This document shows, piece by piece, positions 29,501 through 44,561 of a stretch of DNA of 64,000 bases. This DNA comes from Eledone cirrhosa (lineage: Eukaryota). The stretch lies in contig OZ024740.1 in assembly GCA_964016885.1 (NCBI GenBank), forward strand, positions 172,174,001 through 172,238,000. The letters are read 5' to 3'. Each line of letters begins with the position of its first letter. Position 1 is the stretch's first letter. The notes below the pieces were generated by a model. That model was not told the DNA's origin. It made no database searches and saw only the letters and a list, made by a program, of their open reading frames with translations. Position numbers and translations under genes: made by a program.

Positions 29501-30010
29501 CAGTGCTACCGGGGGGCTCTACCCGTTCGAGAAAAGCTCTACAGACACGGGCGCCCGGGCAGGGATCCCTCGAAAAAGATTTGCCTTAGATGCGTGCGTC
29601 ACGAAGAAACCGTTGCGCACGCATTGGTGCACTGTCCGGGCGTGGCTGATCTGTGGGGCTACGCCGAACGACTGCTGTCGCGGGTGGCGCCGATTCGATT
29701 GACCGCCGAGTCCGTGATGACAATCAAGCCGCCTCCCCTCTTCACAAAGGAAGCAAAGGCGGTTTTTCTGTGCGTAATAGCCATTTTGAAAGAGGTTGTT
29801 TGGTGGACACGATTGAAAGGTCTGAGGTCAGGCAACTTCCTCTCTGGCCATAGTCTGATCTACTTCTTCCGATATCACTTCGGAAGAAGGATAAGAATGG
29901 AGAGAGAGGTGCTTGGCCACAGGCAGTTTTATGAAAGGTGGATGATAGTGGCGAGAATGGCTCGTGTAAATGGGCCTTCTCTGTATACCATCCTGCAGGT
30001 AAAGAAGTGA
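26568..30010 (+). pseudogene. LINE ORF2: apurinic-like endonuclease, reverse transcriptase and C-terminal Cys/His finger; stops at ~27468 and ~28016
   Basis: LNARGL, CETQ, AGDWN, YLDRF, TDHK; KSPGLDG, NFRPITLLN, KAFDRV, RQGCPLS, AYADD; CLRC...ETVAHALVHC. Confidence 0.92.
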
Positions 30011-30213
30011 AGGAGAGGGGAGCACCTTCTCCATGTGCTCCCCGGGCAAAGGATTGCACACTTTTTCGGGGGGGGTGTGCAACCCCCATCACGTCCCCTC
30101 CCTTTTGAGGTTGTTTTTGATTATTTTCATTTTATACCCTTTTTACTCGGTTTTATGTAAACTCCCCCTTTGTATTTGTCCCTTCTTTTTATACCTTTAT
30201 GGTAAATAAAGAA

Positions 30214-30285
<72 letters not shown>

Positions 30286-30692
30286 CTATATCTCTCTATG
30301 CTTTTTTCTCTTACACCCACACTCACTCTAGCTATTTTCACATACTTTCTATTCCAGTTCTATATCACTAGTCTCTTTTATTCTGTCATTCATACTCCTC
30401 TTTTTTCTCTCTTCTATCTATTGTTACTTATATCTTTCTCCTTTTCTCTCTCGGTCTCCCTTTCCCTCTCTCACTCCCCCTCTCTGCTAGCATTCGTTCA
30501 CCACAATCATTTAAACTACCTATTTTACCGTTTCTTTTTTACTCTTCCTTTCACCGTTAATCCCGCCTCCGTTCATCTCTGACTCAGATCTTCTTCTCTA
30601 ATTTGTTTGTCACACTTCTCATTCACCAGTATTTCTCAACCATTCACTCACTCAACCCATTCTCTCTCTCACTATCATTTCACTTCTCCTCC

Positions 30693-30731
<39 letters not shown>

Positions 30732-31635
30732 ATCTACTTCTACTTCTATTTCATGCAGTACCACCGCCGCCACGCTCATTATATCAACCCTACGGCTACA
30801 GCCCAGTGTAAATAGAGTGTACCTATTTTAATGCACGCCGTGGACTTATTTCAGTTATTCCCCTTAGCTCAATTGTGTTTGATATGTTTCTACCTAGTCC
30901 AGGGGATCCCAACCATATTTGCCTACTTTCATCGCCCACTTTCACATTGGAAAACTTCCCACCGCCCACCTGTATAGTAAATATTCAAAATCATACAAAA
31001 AATGGTGGCTATTCCCATTTAGTTTGCTGGGGGTGGGGATGGGGTTATATACAGGTTTTCGCATATCTCCTTTGAATATTTTTTTCTGGGTAGCATATGT
31101 TGAAATACCTTCTTAATACTCAAAATCCTATATTGTCTAACAAAATTTCTAATCGCCCACCATTTTATGTTCAGTTGCTCATCGCCCAGGATGGGTAACC
31201 ATGATCTAGTTCTACTAGTGTTCTATTGTGTATGTCGGAGCCAAGAGTCAGACTTCAGATTAGTTCTTCTACTTTACTAAAGGAATCAACTTTATTATGC
31301 AATTAATTGCATATTTGCAGACCTGTCAACTCTCTCTGTCCGATGGGAAGATCTCCCACTCATATCGGGATGGGCGAGAGAAGTCTTCTCTTGTGAAAAT
31401 GGGTATAGTTTTCATTATGAAAAATCTGTCCATTTTGCTTCATTTGTCCCTGTTTTGTGGCACTTTTTTTCATGGTGCTCCCAGTTTGGATTTTTAGATG
31501 TATTAGTGTGGTTTCAGGTTCAGTTCCTCAGCCTTGCACATTGGGCATATGTCTTCTATAGCCTTCGATTCAGTGCAATTTGGTATAGGGAAACAGTACA
31601 GAAGCATAGCATGTGGTGTAGTTGTGTATGTAGAA

Positions 31636-31735
<100 letters not shown>

Positions 31736-31764
31736 ATGTCTGTGACTGTGTTTGTTTATGTCCT

Positions 31765-31948
31765 GCAACTTAGCGGTGGAGAAGTTCAAATATCTCGAGG
31801 CCGTGATGGAAGGCAGGAGGCTGAATTGAGTGCAAGAAATGCAGGAGCTGGTGCAGTAATGCGCCAGCTTCAGCATTCGGTCATCAGAAAAACGGAGGTA
31901 GGTGTAAAAGCCAAAGTCGTTATCTTCAATTCGGTATTCGTGTCATAA
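31765..31948 (+). pseudogene. RTE-clade LINE RT fragment
   Basis: VEKFKYL...DGRQEAELSAR..AGAVMRQLQHSVIRKTE..KAKVVIFNSVFV. Confidence 0.65.
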
Positions 31949-32465
31949 GTCTTGGCTAATGACTGTATATCATGCAGCACACCCACGACTCTATCAGGTG
32001 TTACGGGCCCATACTTAGTTTCTGCATTTCGTAGCATGCTGATCTTGTGCTACCGCCACTTAAAATCTACTGTCTCATCCATCACTCCTATTGCCACCCA
32101 AGTTGTGTTCACACTCAGGTTCTGCACTAAGCATTTCGCCCGATTCTTCTCCACAAAACTTCATCCTTCTTGAATTCCCTGCCTGTCCATATTCCTCCTT
32201 TAGTCGTTAAGTTACATCTATTATAGAGAAAAATGAATCTCTCTCTGACGGCTTGCGAAGGTCATGAGTACTGTATTATCCAACGTGTTATTTACTAAGG
32301 TGGCAATTCGAGGTCGCTGCGAAATTTAGCTGCAATTTCTAGCAGATCGAGCAAGCACGTAGAGAGTATTTTGTTGGTTTGAAGCCCCGCCTGATGTGGT
32401 TTCAGAGTTCATAGTGATGAGTATATGGCTGATGGTATTACCAAAAAGAGGAGAGAAAGAGAGAA

Positions 32466-32541
<76 letters not shown>

Positions 32542-32736
32542 AGGCATTCTTTTGTAGGTTGTTGTGTCTTTTTCGTGACTTGTATAGCTGTTGTAATGGA
32601 TTCATTCATTTCTATTTTCCCAGCCTATGAGCTTGGACGACGTTTCCTCCTTACTACGTCGACTCACTGTCTGTTAATGAGACAACGAGATAGGAGAGCG
32701 ATAGACAAGCAGTCTCACAACGAGACAAGTTATCTA

Positions 32737-32794
<58 letters not shown>

Positions 32795-32817
32795 AATACA
32801 TACATACAGACAGACAG

Positions 32818-32848
<31 letters not shown>

Positions 32849-33408
32849 CGCACACACATACACACATATATATATGTATACGCACAACACACACATACAC
32901 ACATAGATAGATAATGTTCGGTATGTATATATAAATATATAGATGTGTATGTAAACAGCTAATAGAAGAGACCACCAGGCGGATAGACAGAGGCTAGACA
33001 GATTGAAAATTTCATAAAAAAAAAAGATTATATTCATTAGACTGTCACCGTCACAATGCTGATGTTTTTATTTACTGCACTTTTGTTATTTTTATTTTAT
33101 TTAATCATTATTTTTCCTCTTCTTTTGATCGTTGAAGAAATACACACCCACACACGCGCGCACACACATATTATTTATTACTCGATCATCTGTTTACCCC
33201 CACTTAAAAATCATTTGTTGCGTTATTTTCAGTTTAAGATAAACGGAAACAACGCAACACACGGTAGATATATATTACCTTAACGCTTGATATAGTAGGA
33301 AAAGTGTCTTGGGGACGTTAGCCCTTCATCAGAAGATAGAATAAGAAATAAAAGGAAGAAACGAAAAATAATTGGGGGATGGAACCACGGGTCTTCGGTC
33401 AACCATTT

Positions 33409-33440
<32 letters not shown>

Positions 33441-33461
33441 GAGAGAGAGAGAGACAGTATA

Positions 33462-33514
<53 letters not shown>

Positions 33515-33521
33515 ATGTGTA

Positions 33522-33595
<74 letters not shown>

Positions 33596-33744
33596 CGTGT
33601 GTGTGTATATATATATATAGATATGTGTGTGTGTGTGTGTGTGTGTGTGAATCGGAATACGGTGGTGATTGAAAATTTTGAAAATAGAATTAGAAGCTTT
33701 TACCGAATACAGGTGTCTCAAAGGTTAATATCTATTTTGGTGTA

Positions 33745-34470
33745 CATCGGAGTGGCCTCCGCGTGTGTGAGCCACAAAAATGCCACTGCAGGGCGGTTGT
33801 TGACAAGTTCGGCCTGCACCTTCTTAATTGGAGCCAGCGGGCCTAGACCGCAGGGATGGCATGCGCCCCGAAGGAATCACCCTCTTCCCATTAGAAGGAG
33901 GTAGATCCCTCATCTGGGACACCACCTGCTGCGACACGTTCTCCGCCTCCAGCTTAGTCGCTTCGGCCACAAACCCCGGCATCGCACCCCGCCTCACAGA
34001 GGAACGTAAAATAAACAAAAACCGGGGTTTGTCCGGTCGCTTCCTCGTCGCACCGGTCACCGTCGAGACCCCAGGCGTACTTGGACCCCGTACTGCCAAG
34101 CTCCTCCGCAAGATCGGAACATCGGCGGCCCGTCTGAGGAAGGAGACCCATGAGGTTGGGTGGCTGTTGTAGCGGGTGACACGGGCCATTGACCAGGGGA
34201 ATGTTTTTGTCGGCTTGTCAACGGGGCGCAACTCTTCTGCCCTCTTCAACGGGGCGCAGCACTTCTTGCCCTAAGCCCATAGCTCAATCACCCTCCCCCT
34301 TCATCCCTCCCCTCTCTTCTGCGACAACAGAGTTCTTGCCATCCCCTCCCCTTCTCGTTCTTTTCCCTCTTTCTTTTTCTCCTTTTTTCTCTATATTTTC
34401 CTATTCTTTCTTTCCTTTTGTTTCCCCTTCTTTTTTTATTATTTCTATAATGAAAATAAACATTTCTATA
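33745..34470 (+). mobile_element. 3' part of a CRE-like RLE non-LTR retrotransposon
   Basis: GLRVCEPQKCHCRAVVDKFGLH (Zn-finger relic), then EPAGLDRRDGMRPEGITLFP..GRSLIWDTTCCDTF...PVTVETPGVLG; pyrimidine-rich 3' UTR and AATAAA. Confidence 0.75.
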
Positions 34471-34555
34471 GATTAAAATAAAATCTATAGCTTGTAGGTG
34501 AACAAAAAAAAAAGATAGTGACTTTTGCGGCACCCTGTATATATGTTTATGTATA

Positions 34556-34673
<118 letters not shown>

Positions 34674-34772
34674 CAAACACACTCATACAATTAGATATGA
34701 TATACAAATATACATTTCTTTCTTTATATCATATCTAAATGTATGAGTGTGTTTATCTCTTTCTTTCTCCCT

Positions 34773-34807
<35 letters not shown>

Positions 34808-35048
34808 TGCATATACAAATATGCAGGATGTCGCAAAAGTCACTATCTATTTTGAATAGCACTAAGAACACCATAATAGATAGCAATTTTTGAGACATAT
34901 ATATATGTGTGTTCATTTATTCATTTTAGGCTAAGTAGTTTCTCCTGCTACTCTGGAGGTTCGTCTGTTTATCACAGGGTTATCAGACACATACATGTGT
35001 GCATGTATATATATGCGTGCTTATATATATATATATATATATATACAG

Positions 35049-35091
35049 ACCAAGCTGAAGATCCGCTTAAGGTGAAACATTTGTTCTTGGT
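35049..35091 (+). ncRNA. minimal 43-nt hammerhead motif in an ~80-bp island between microsatellites
   Basis: ACCAAG-CTGAAGA-TCCGCTTAAGGT-GAAA-CATTTG-TT-CTTGGT; perfect 6-bp stem I, weak stem II. Confidence 0.6.
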
Positions 35092-35124
35092 ATGGTGAAC
35101 TCATTATTGTGGAACTACTTCTAT

Positions 35125-35201
<77 letters not shown>

Positions 35202-35205
35202 CACG

Positions 35206-35324
<119 letters not shown>

Positions 35325-35413
35325 ATATATATATACACACCCGTGTATATTTACCTATCTATATCTCTATATATATATATATATATAGAGATATAGATAG
35401 GTAAATATACACG

Positions 35414-35473
<60 letters not shown>

Positions 35474-35864
35474 TATGTATGTATATATATATATGCATAT
35501 GTATGTATATATATATATATATATGTATATGTATGTATATATATATATATATATATACCAGTGGAAATTTTCTGTCGCCAGGACTACAATAAACAACAGG
35601 AACAATAACAACAGCAGCAGCAGGATATTACTAGATGGCTACTCTATCAAGAGAACAATAGCAAAACAGAACAAACCACAATAACAACAACCACCTCCAC
35701 AATCACTGTCTTGGTCGTAAGGGAAAATGGAAGAAAGAAAGCAAATGCTAAATCAAATTATAGCCACCGGTTGAAGAGAAGGAATGGGAGAAAGATGTTC
35801 AATGGTAGAAGGAAAGAAGGAAGTTATGACATGGAGATGTAGGCTAAATCACAGAAATAAATAT

Positions 35865-36410
35865 ATAACTGTTTCTAGTTTAGGCACAAGGCCAGCAAAT
35901 ATCCCAGTACATTACTGGTACTTTATTTTATCGACCCCGTAAGGATGAAAGGCAAAGTTAACCTCGACAGGATTTGAACTCAGACCGTAAAGGGATGTAA
36001 CTCTGTGCTGCAAAGCATGGCATCCGACTTTCTACTGATACTGCCAATCCACCAAATAATCGTTTCTACTTTTGGCACAAGGCCAGCAATTCTCTCAGTG
36101 TATTACTGGTACTTTATTTTATCGACCCCGTAAGGATGAAAGGCAAAGTTAACCTCGGCGGGATTTGAACTCAGATCATAAAGGGCCGTAACTCTACCGA
36201 TACAGCCAATCCACCAAATAATTGTTTCTACTTTAGGCACAAGGCCAGCAATTACCCAGTGCATTACTGGTACTTTATTTTATCGACCCCCGTAAGGATG
36301 AAAGGCAAAGTAAACCTCGGCGGGATTTGAACTCAGAATGGCAAGGGTCGTAACTCTATGCGTCAAAGCATGGCGTCCGACTCTCTACCGATACTGCCAA
36401 TCCACCAAAT
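35865..36410 (-). mobile_element. head-to-tail trimer of SINE family A
   Basis: Three consecutive copies joined at GCCAATCCACCAAATAAT; the middle copy has an internal deletion. Confidence 0.85.
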
Positions 36411-37104
36411 AATGAAAGACTGAACGAATAAAAGAAAGATGAAATGAAGAAAATATGAAAAAAGAAAAAAGATGAATGAATGAAAGAAAGAAGGAAGAAC
36501 GAAGAATTAATATAAAAGAAAGAAAGAAAATATATGTCAAGGTACAAAGAAAGAAGTGAAAAGAGAGAAAACCAAGAAAGGAAGGAATTAAGTGAAACGA
36601 AAGTATGAAGGAACAAAAGAAGCAAAGGAAGAGAAGGGAGATGAATGAAGAGAATGAGAAAGAAGATGGAGATTTTTAAAAGGAGTTTGTATAGAAAGAA
36701 ACATAGAAACAGTGAGAAAAACGACGAAAGAATGAAAACAAGAGAAGAAAAACTAGATAGAAGATATGAGGGAAAGAATGAGGAAACAGGAGAAAATATG
36801 AACTGGGTCACACACACACACACACTCGCGCGCAAACACACATACACAAACACACACACAGGCAGACACGAACATACACACACACAAACACACATACACA
36901 TACAAACACACACATGCCCAAACATACACACACATACGCGTGTATCCGCTCACACATACATATACATGAATATGTGTGAGTGTGTATGTGTGTTTGTGAT
37001 ATATCTAGACGGAGAGAAAGAGGACAAATAGATAGAAATATAGTGAGCGGGAGAGTGCGAGAGTGAGACGGAGAGAGACTGAGAGAGAGAGGGAGAGAGA
37101 GAGA

Positions 37105-37144
<40 letters not shown>

Positions 37145-37404
37145 CAGGGAGAAAAGGAGAGAAGGTGGTGAGAGAAATATTGTTTGTTCAGTGATGTATC
37201 GTCTGCCATGCTGGTTGTTGGACGCCCGAATTATAATATGGCTTATTTGGTAGATTGTTATTAATTGAAAAGATGGATATCGTGTCGTAGTGTAAGGTAA
37301 ATGAGGACTGATTTACTCCCCCCCCCCCCCTCCCAACCCCGCCACACACAGACTACACACATCCGCGTGTGCTCAAACATGTCTGCACTCAAAGATTCAT
37401 CATA

Positions 37405-37582
37405 ATTGTCTCTACTTTTGGCACAAGGCCAGCAATTACCCAGTACATTACTGGTACTTTATTTTATCGACCCCGTAAGGATTAAAGGCAAAGTTAACTT
37501 CGACAAAATTTGAACTTAGACCGTAAAGGGAGGTAACTATGCTGAAAAGCATGGCGTCCGACCCTCTACCGATACTGCTAAT
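37405..37582 (-). mobile_element. SINE family A copy with flanking duplication
   Basis: Consensus match; TCAAAGATTCATCATAAT occurs on both sides (~37390 and ~37583), TSD-like. Confidence 0.85.
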
Positions 37583-38165
37583 TCAAAGATTCATCATAAT
37601 GCCATGACGTTTCTAAACCACCACAACGGCTCGTCACTTACTATAACATGAAGTCCCATGCATTTTCCAATAGTTTCTTTCACCTGCAGATTTGAACTCT
37701 ATATTCGGTAATCAATATCGGTAGATATCTTTTAAACATTCCAAGTTTACAGTCTTCTATTATTGCCCAACATTCAAATTTTCTAACTGCTGCTTTAGAC
37801 GTAACTTTAAAAAAAAAAATAAAGCAGTTGCAATTTTGATTTTGATATATGTATGCTATAAACAGCGGGCGAATGAGTAGAGTCGTTAGAGCGTCAAATA
37901 AAATGCTTTGCGGTAATCGTTCCGGCTCTCTACGCTCTCAAAGTTCAAATCCTGCCAAAGTCAACTCTGTTTTTCATATTTTTTAGGTCGATAAAATAGT
38001 GCCAGTCCAGTACTGAGGTCGATTCTTCCTCAATATCTCTTCCTCCCCCTCTCTCATTTTCTGGAAGAAATTGGCTCTTTTCATGAAAAGTGGATGAGCT
38101 CCACAGGCTTAAGCAATGCCACTATGGTTCTTCCTACGATTTCATAAGGAGTTATGGATTCATAT

Positions 38166-38543
38166 ACGGAGTAATCCCAAAAGTGAGGTCTCCAAAGCGA
38201 TGGGGGCGCAGAGAAACTGTTCTTACGGTTGTTGGCAACACTGTTATGATTGGTGCTTCCTTCACTCCCAAACAAGCATGCGCGCGCTTCGCTGGGATGC
38301 TCAATCTTGGCTTGGCAACCGTTGAGAATGGAGCTCCCGTTGAACGCTACCGCCAAGTGCGAATTTCGTGCAGTTATTATATACGAGGGCAATCCCAAAA
38401 GTAAGGTCTCCTTCCGAGGAAAACATGCGTAAAGATTGGCGGATCACTCTGGATGCTCTCTGCATTTTGGTTCCTGAGGTTTCCCGAAGAACCATCCACA
38501 GGATTTTAACGGAAAAGTTGCAATATCGGAAGTTGCCCTCGTA
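38166..38543 (+). mobile_element. mariner relic: 5' end plus an adjacent internally deleted copy (38384-38541)
   Basis: TA-CGAGGGCAA...TTGCCCTCG-TA termini; MELPLNATAKCEFRAVI and DWRITLDAL..VSRRTIHRILTEKLQYRK peptides. Confidence 0.7.
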
Positions 38544-40061
38544 TATATATATATATATATATCAGAAATATGTTTTTTTCTTTCTTGCGCTGCGAAATCA
38601 AAATACGTGTTACTTAAACAGCCTCTTCTAATTCACGAATAAACTACATTCTATTCGATTTCTTTTAACTCTTTTATTATTTGATGCCACTTTACAAATT
38701 TTTTGAAAATAAACTTATAATTCAGAAATCACAAAAGCATTCTCTATAAAGTAAACTTCGCAATGGTTTAAGTTATACTCACAACAAATTTAATATGAAA
38801 TGCGCAAGCGAATGCACATACACATGCAAACACACACAAACACACACACACACAAACACAAACACACACACTCGTTTACATACCCTCACACATACACACA
38901 TTCGTTTACACACAGAAACACTGAAACATAGAAACAGTTACTCAAATCGAAACAGGTATACAGACACATCTACACAACCTCAAGTACACAGATACACATG
39001 CACACAAACACACACACGTGCGCCCCAGTAGGAACAAATACAAATACGCAAATACGGTCATTTGTGTGCAAGTGGTTAAATGGTTACGCAAATGCTTTCT
39101 ACTTCCCATCCAAGTGATAAAACGAATGTGAATGTAATCCTGTATGTGTGGTTTAAATGATTATCATGACTCTGCCATAATGCCGTCGCTATATATACTG
39201 TTTGTTTAGTTTAACAGTACGAAAAATGTTTGTACAGTCTAATTTATGTATATATGGTAATCTTAATTACAAAACCATACATAACGTTTGCACACAGACA
39301 TCTTTATTAAGCTATTTGAATTCATTATTGGATAATGATGAATGACGGTTAATGATTGAACATTTCATACGATACTATCTTAGCCACATCGTTAATGACG
39401 TAAAGTGCTTATCATCATATCGCATGTATATGGCAGCGGGAAGGGATTTCTTAAAGATTATGAGGATTATTTTAGTTATGTGACGACGCATGAAATTAAT
39501 TCAGGTCTAAAGAACAAAACAAAACAAAACACTTTACAATTGATGCGACGTTGCAAATGGTGGGGAGTTTCTCTGTCAGAAAGAATACATTTCTATATAT
39601 TCGTGCACATTCCACAATTACCAATAAAATGTTTGTATTTCTTATATCGTCTTTCATTATAAAGTATATTTCAACAGTATTACACTGTTTTCCAGCTGGT
39701 TGTGATAGAATTATCTATTGTATGAGGGCAGGCGAAGTTTTTTAATGTCGGCTCTGTAAGTCCTCTGTAGATGCAATTGTCTTTTCAATAGTAACATCAG
39801 CACGATAGAGAGCATATTTCTCCACGGATTTCTCTTCGTGGAACAGAATGATATATCCCAGCAATCACCTCTTTTTCGTCTTTTATTTCCCTCATAATTT
39901 GTTATGGGAACGCTACGGATAGATGCATTGTCTATAATGTGCTGAAACATCCGTGACCTGTAGTAGACAACTGATGAAGAGGAAATGTCTATCTCCTGTT
40001 TGTATTCCCTTAACTTTCTAACACTCGTTATCAGTAACCACGCAGCCTCATCCCTCTCAAT

Positions 40062-40158
<97 letters not shown>

Positions 40159-40215
40159 CATACATACACACACTCACACACACACACATATATATACACA
40201 CACACACACATATAT

Positions 40216-40265
<50 letters not shown>

Positions 40266-40361
40266 TTGCTTTGCAAGGTTTTTGATATGAAATCGTGTGT
40301 CGAAACAAATATTGTTATACTTGATGGAGGGTCATATTGTTGTATAAATATATATATATAC

Positions 40362-40559
40362 AGTCTATCAAAGTTCTTTCGTTGCACATCTGCAACATCA
40401 TCAGTGGTACTATTATGTTTCCTCCTGTTGTATTGTATGTCTACGCCATTTTAATTTTATTTCAAATAAAATAAAAATGGCGTAGACATATAATACAGCA
40501 GGTGGAAACATAATAGTACCACTAATGATGCTGCAGATGTGCAACGAAAGAACTTTGAT

Positions 40560-40564
<5 letters not shown>
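40362..40564. repeat. ~200-bp palindrome (centre 40463) in (TA)n with hammerhead-like core
   Basis: Arms are reverse complements with some mismatches; minus strand of the left arm reads CTGATGA-TGTTGCA.GATG.TGCAAC-GAAA. Confidence 0.85.
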
Positions 40565-40602
<38 letters not shown>

Positions 40603-41293
40603 TTATTTTTAACCGTTGGTTGCTAAATAAATAAACGTTGATTGCTAAATAAATTAACTATGGAGATATAAAAGATACAGAAGCGAAAACCAACCAAACA
40701 GTGAGTGTGTTCTGTTATTATTTTTGGCAATATTATTACAACAATATGACCCTCCGCAAGTATAACAATATATATATATATGTACGAGTATATATACCTA
40801 TATATATTTATATATATATATTCTGAATGTTAGCGGAAATTATAATATTTCCTTTGTTTAACACTTCGAATCTACCCGCCAAATCCGAGGGTTGCTTTCC
40901 TTGTTGGAAATAACGCGTGATAACTAAATTTTATGTTCAGCTCGCTCATAGCGGCAGCATTTAGAATCCACCTCGCTTTTGGACAGAACGGAATTCCTGT
41001 TGATGAAATGAATCCTCTGTTCGTCATGGAATACCACGAGCGTGCTTGTTACGTAAGTCGGATATTTGATTTCGGGTTTCACAGAAACACTTTAAACGTA
41101 TATAGTTTAATTTGTCCAGGTGTATCTTTTTTTAACCTGTTAGTTTTTTCGTTGCTCTGGTATTGTGTGTTAGGTTTTGCCTACCACAATGTTCAATGTG
41201 TCAAGCTATTTAAACGTATCTTGCTAACTCATTCATATTGTAAGTCGACTTTGCTTGCCCATAGCCAAAGCTTCGATTTTACTAAGCTTCCAC

Positions 41294-42400
<1,107 letters not shown>

Positions 42401-42517
42401 ATATATTTATTAAAATTATAGATTAAATATTTGCTCTATGGTTTTATCTATTATATGTATATATATTATCCTTGTCGAGCCCTCTTCGGATTTTAGTCTT
42501 CACATTTATTATTATTG

Positions 42518-42566
<49 letters not shown>

Positions 42567-42752
42567 TAGGTAGAAGTTGAATTTAATTTGTTGGAAGTCC
42601 GACAAACATAAATGTTTATAACTGATTTAGAGCACTCAACAAGTTACTGGAGTAAATATTCAATGATATTATGGAAACTATATTTATAAAACCATATTTA
42701 TTTTATTATATATATTTCAAGGGCAACCAAGACAACATTGGTACAAGACAAC

Positions 42753-42789
<37 letters not shown>

Positions 42790-43112
42790 ATGAAGTTGGA
42801 AATAGCACGCGAGATATGTTTAAGGGTCTGTTTTTCTTTTTTGATTCGTCAAAGTGACATTATTAAAAAGATAGTGTTATTAAAAAGATAGTGTTAGTAA
42901 AAAAAGAGGTACAATTCTTTTTTGAAAATTTTTTTATGAAGTATATAAAGTGTATGAAAAAATTTACGGTTTCGATGTATTAAAATCCATCTTGTCAAAT
43001 TCAGTGAAAAAAGTTAATTAAAAAGGGAGTAAAAATGGGTTTAAAATTAAAATTTAAATCAAAAACGAATGTTTGAGAAAAATTTCTTCCATCATGCCTT
43101 CTGAAAAGTTGG

Positions 43113-43610
<498 letters not shown>

Positions 43611-43680
43611 CCGCTTTGTGACAGAGTTGTTTAGGAAGTAGATTCGAGCCTGCATGTGCTTTGATATTTTCCCTGTCTCT

Positions 43681-43760
<80 letters not shown>

Positions 43761-44561
43761 GTGTCGAAAAGATATATCTACCTTCTAGTTTGTCTCTAAT
43801 TTACAAACAGCTTTCTATACCTATCCACCTTTATATTAATTTATCTATAGATAGATAAAGCAATGCATCGTAATTTAATGGATGATTAAAGAAAAAACGG
43901 AAGAAAATTATTGTAATTGTTTTAATGAATGTAAAATGATATGCGGAAACAGCCGAGGTGGAAGGTCAAGGATAATCATGGATTCAAACATCTTTACATA
44001 AAATGATCTGTTGTAATACATATTTCTGTGGCGTTCATGTTTACGTAATGCTGTCATCACGCAACCGACAACACGACCTCATCAAACTGTGTCGTAAGTA
44101 ATAAGGTTGTTATAATAAATATTTCGAGATTTATTGTGGTATAGCAAGAAAATTTGATTGTACGATTATTATCAAAGATGTTGCAGTACTTATGAAATGG
44201 TGGGAAGTTCTTTCCAATTAATTTAAAGAATTAATGAGAAATGTTTATCTGGGATCCATACATGGCATCGAGTTTATGCAATTACAGCGGAACACGTGTA
44301 AAGTATTATTAATAAATGAAAATGAACTCAACAGCAGCACACCAACTATAGTCATTCCCTATTCATTCCCTATTCATTATATATATATATATATAGAGAG
44401 AGAGATAGAGAGTTGGGGAGAGATTGTGCGTATGAACGAAAGAAAATAGCAATCAACATCTAACGTGGAAGTTGAGAGTATATATATCAAGAGTTTGGCT
44501 TCATACTGCACTACCAGTAATTTAAAAACGAAAACACGTCTAAATTATTAGGCGCACTGGA

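Larger units (their letters stand above)
24392..30213 (+). mobile_element. near full-length Tx1/L1-clade non-LTR retrotransposon inserted in (TATC)n
   Basis: ORF1 with CCHC knuckle, ORF2 APE-RT-zinc finger, 3' UTR ending AATAAAGAA; (TATC)n at 24290-24390 and 30214-30295. Confidence 0.92.

Noticed and set aside
33300-33345. CTGATGA plus a short hairpin on the minus strand
   Set aside because: The GAAA box and stem I partner are missing.
35865-36410. CRISPR-like repeat array
   Set aside because: The repeats are ~190-bp SINE copies without unique spacers, in a eukaryotic context with no cas genes.
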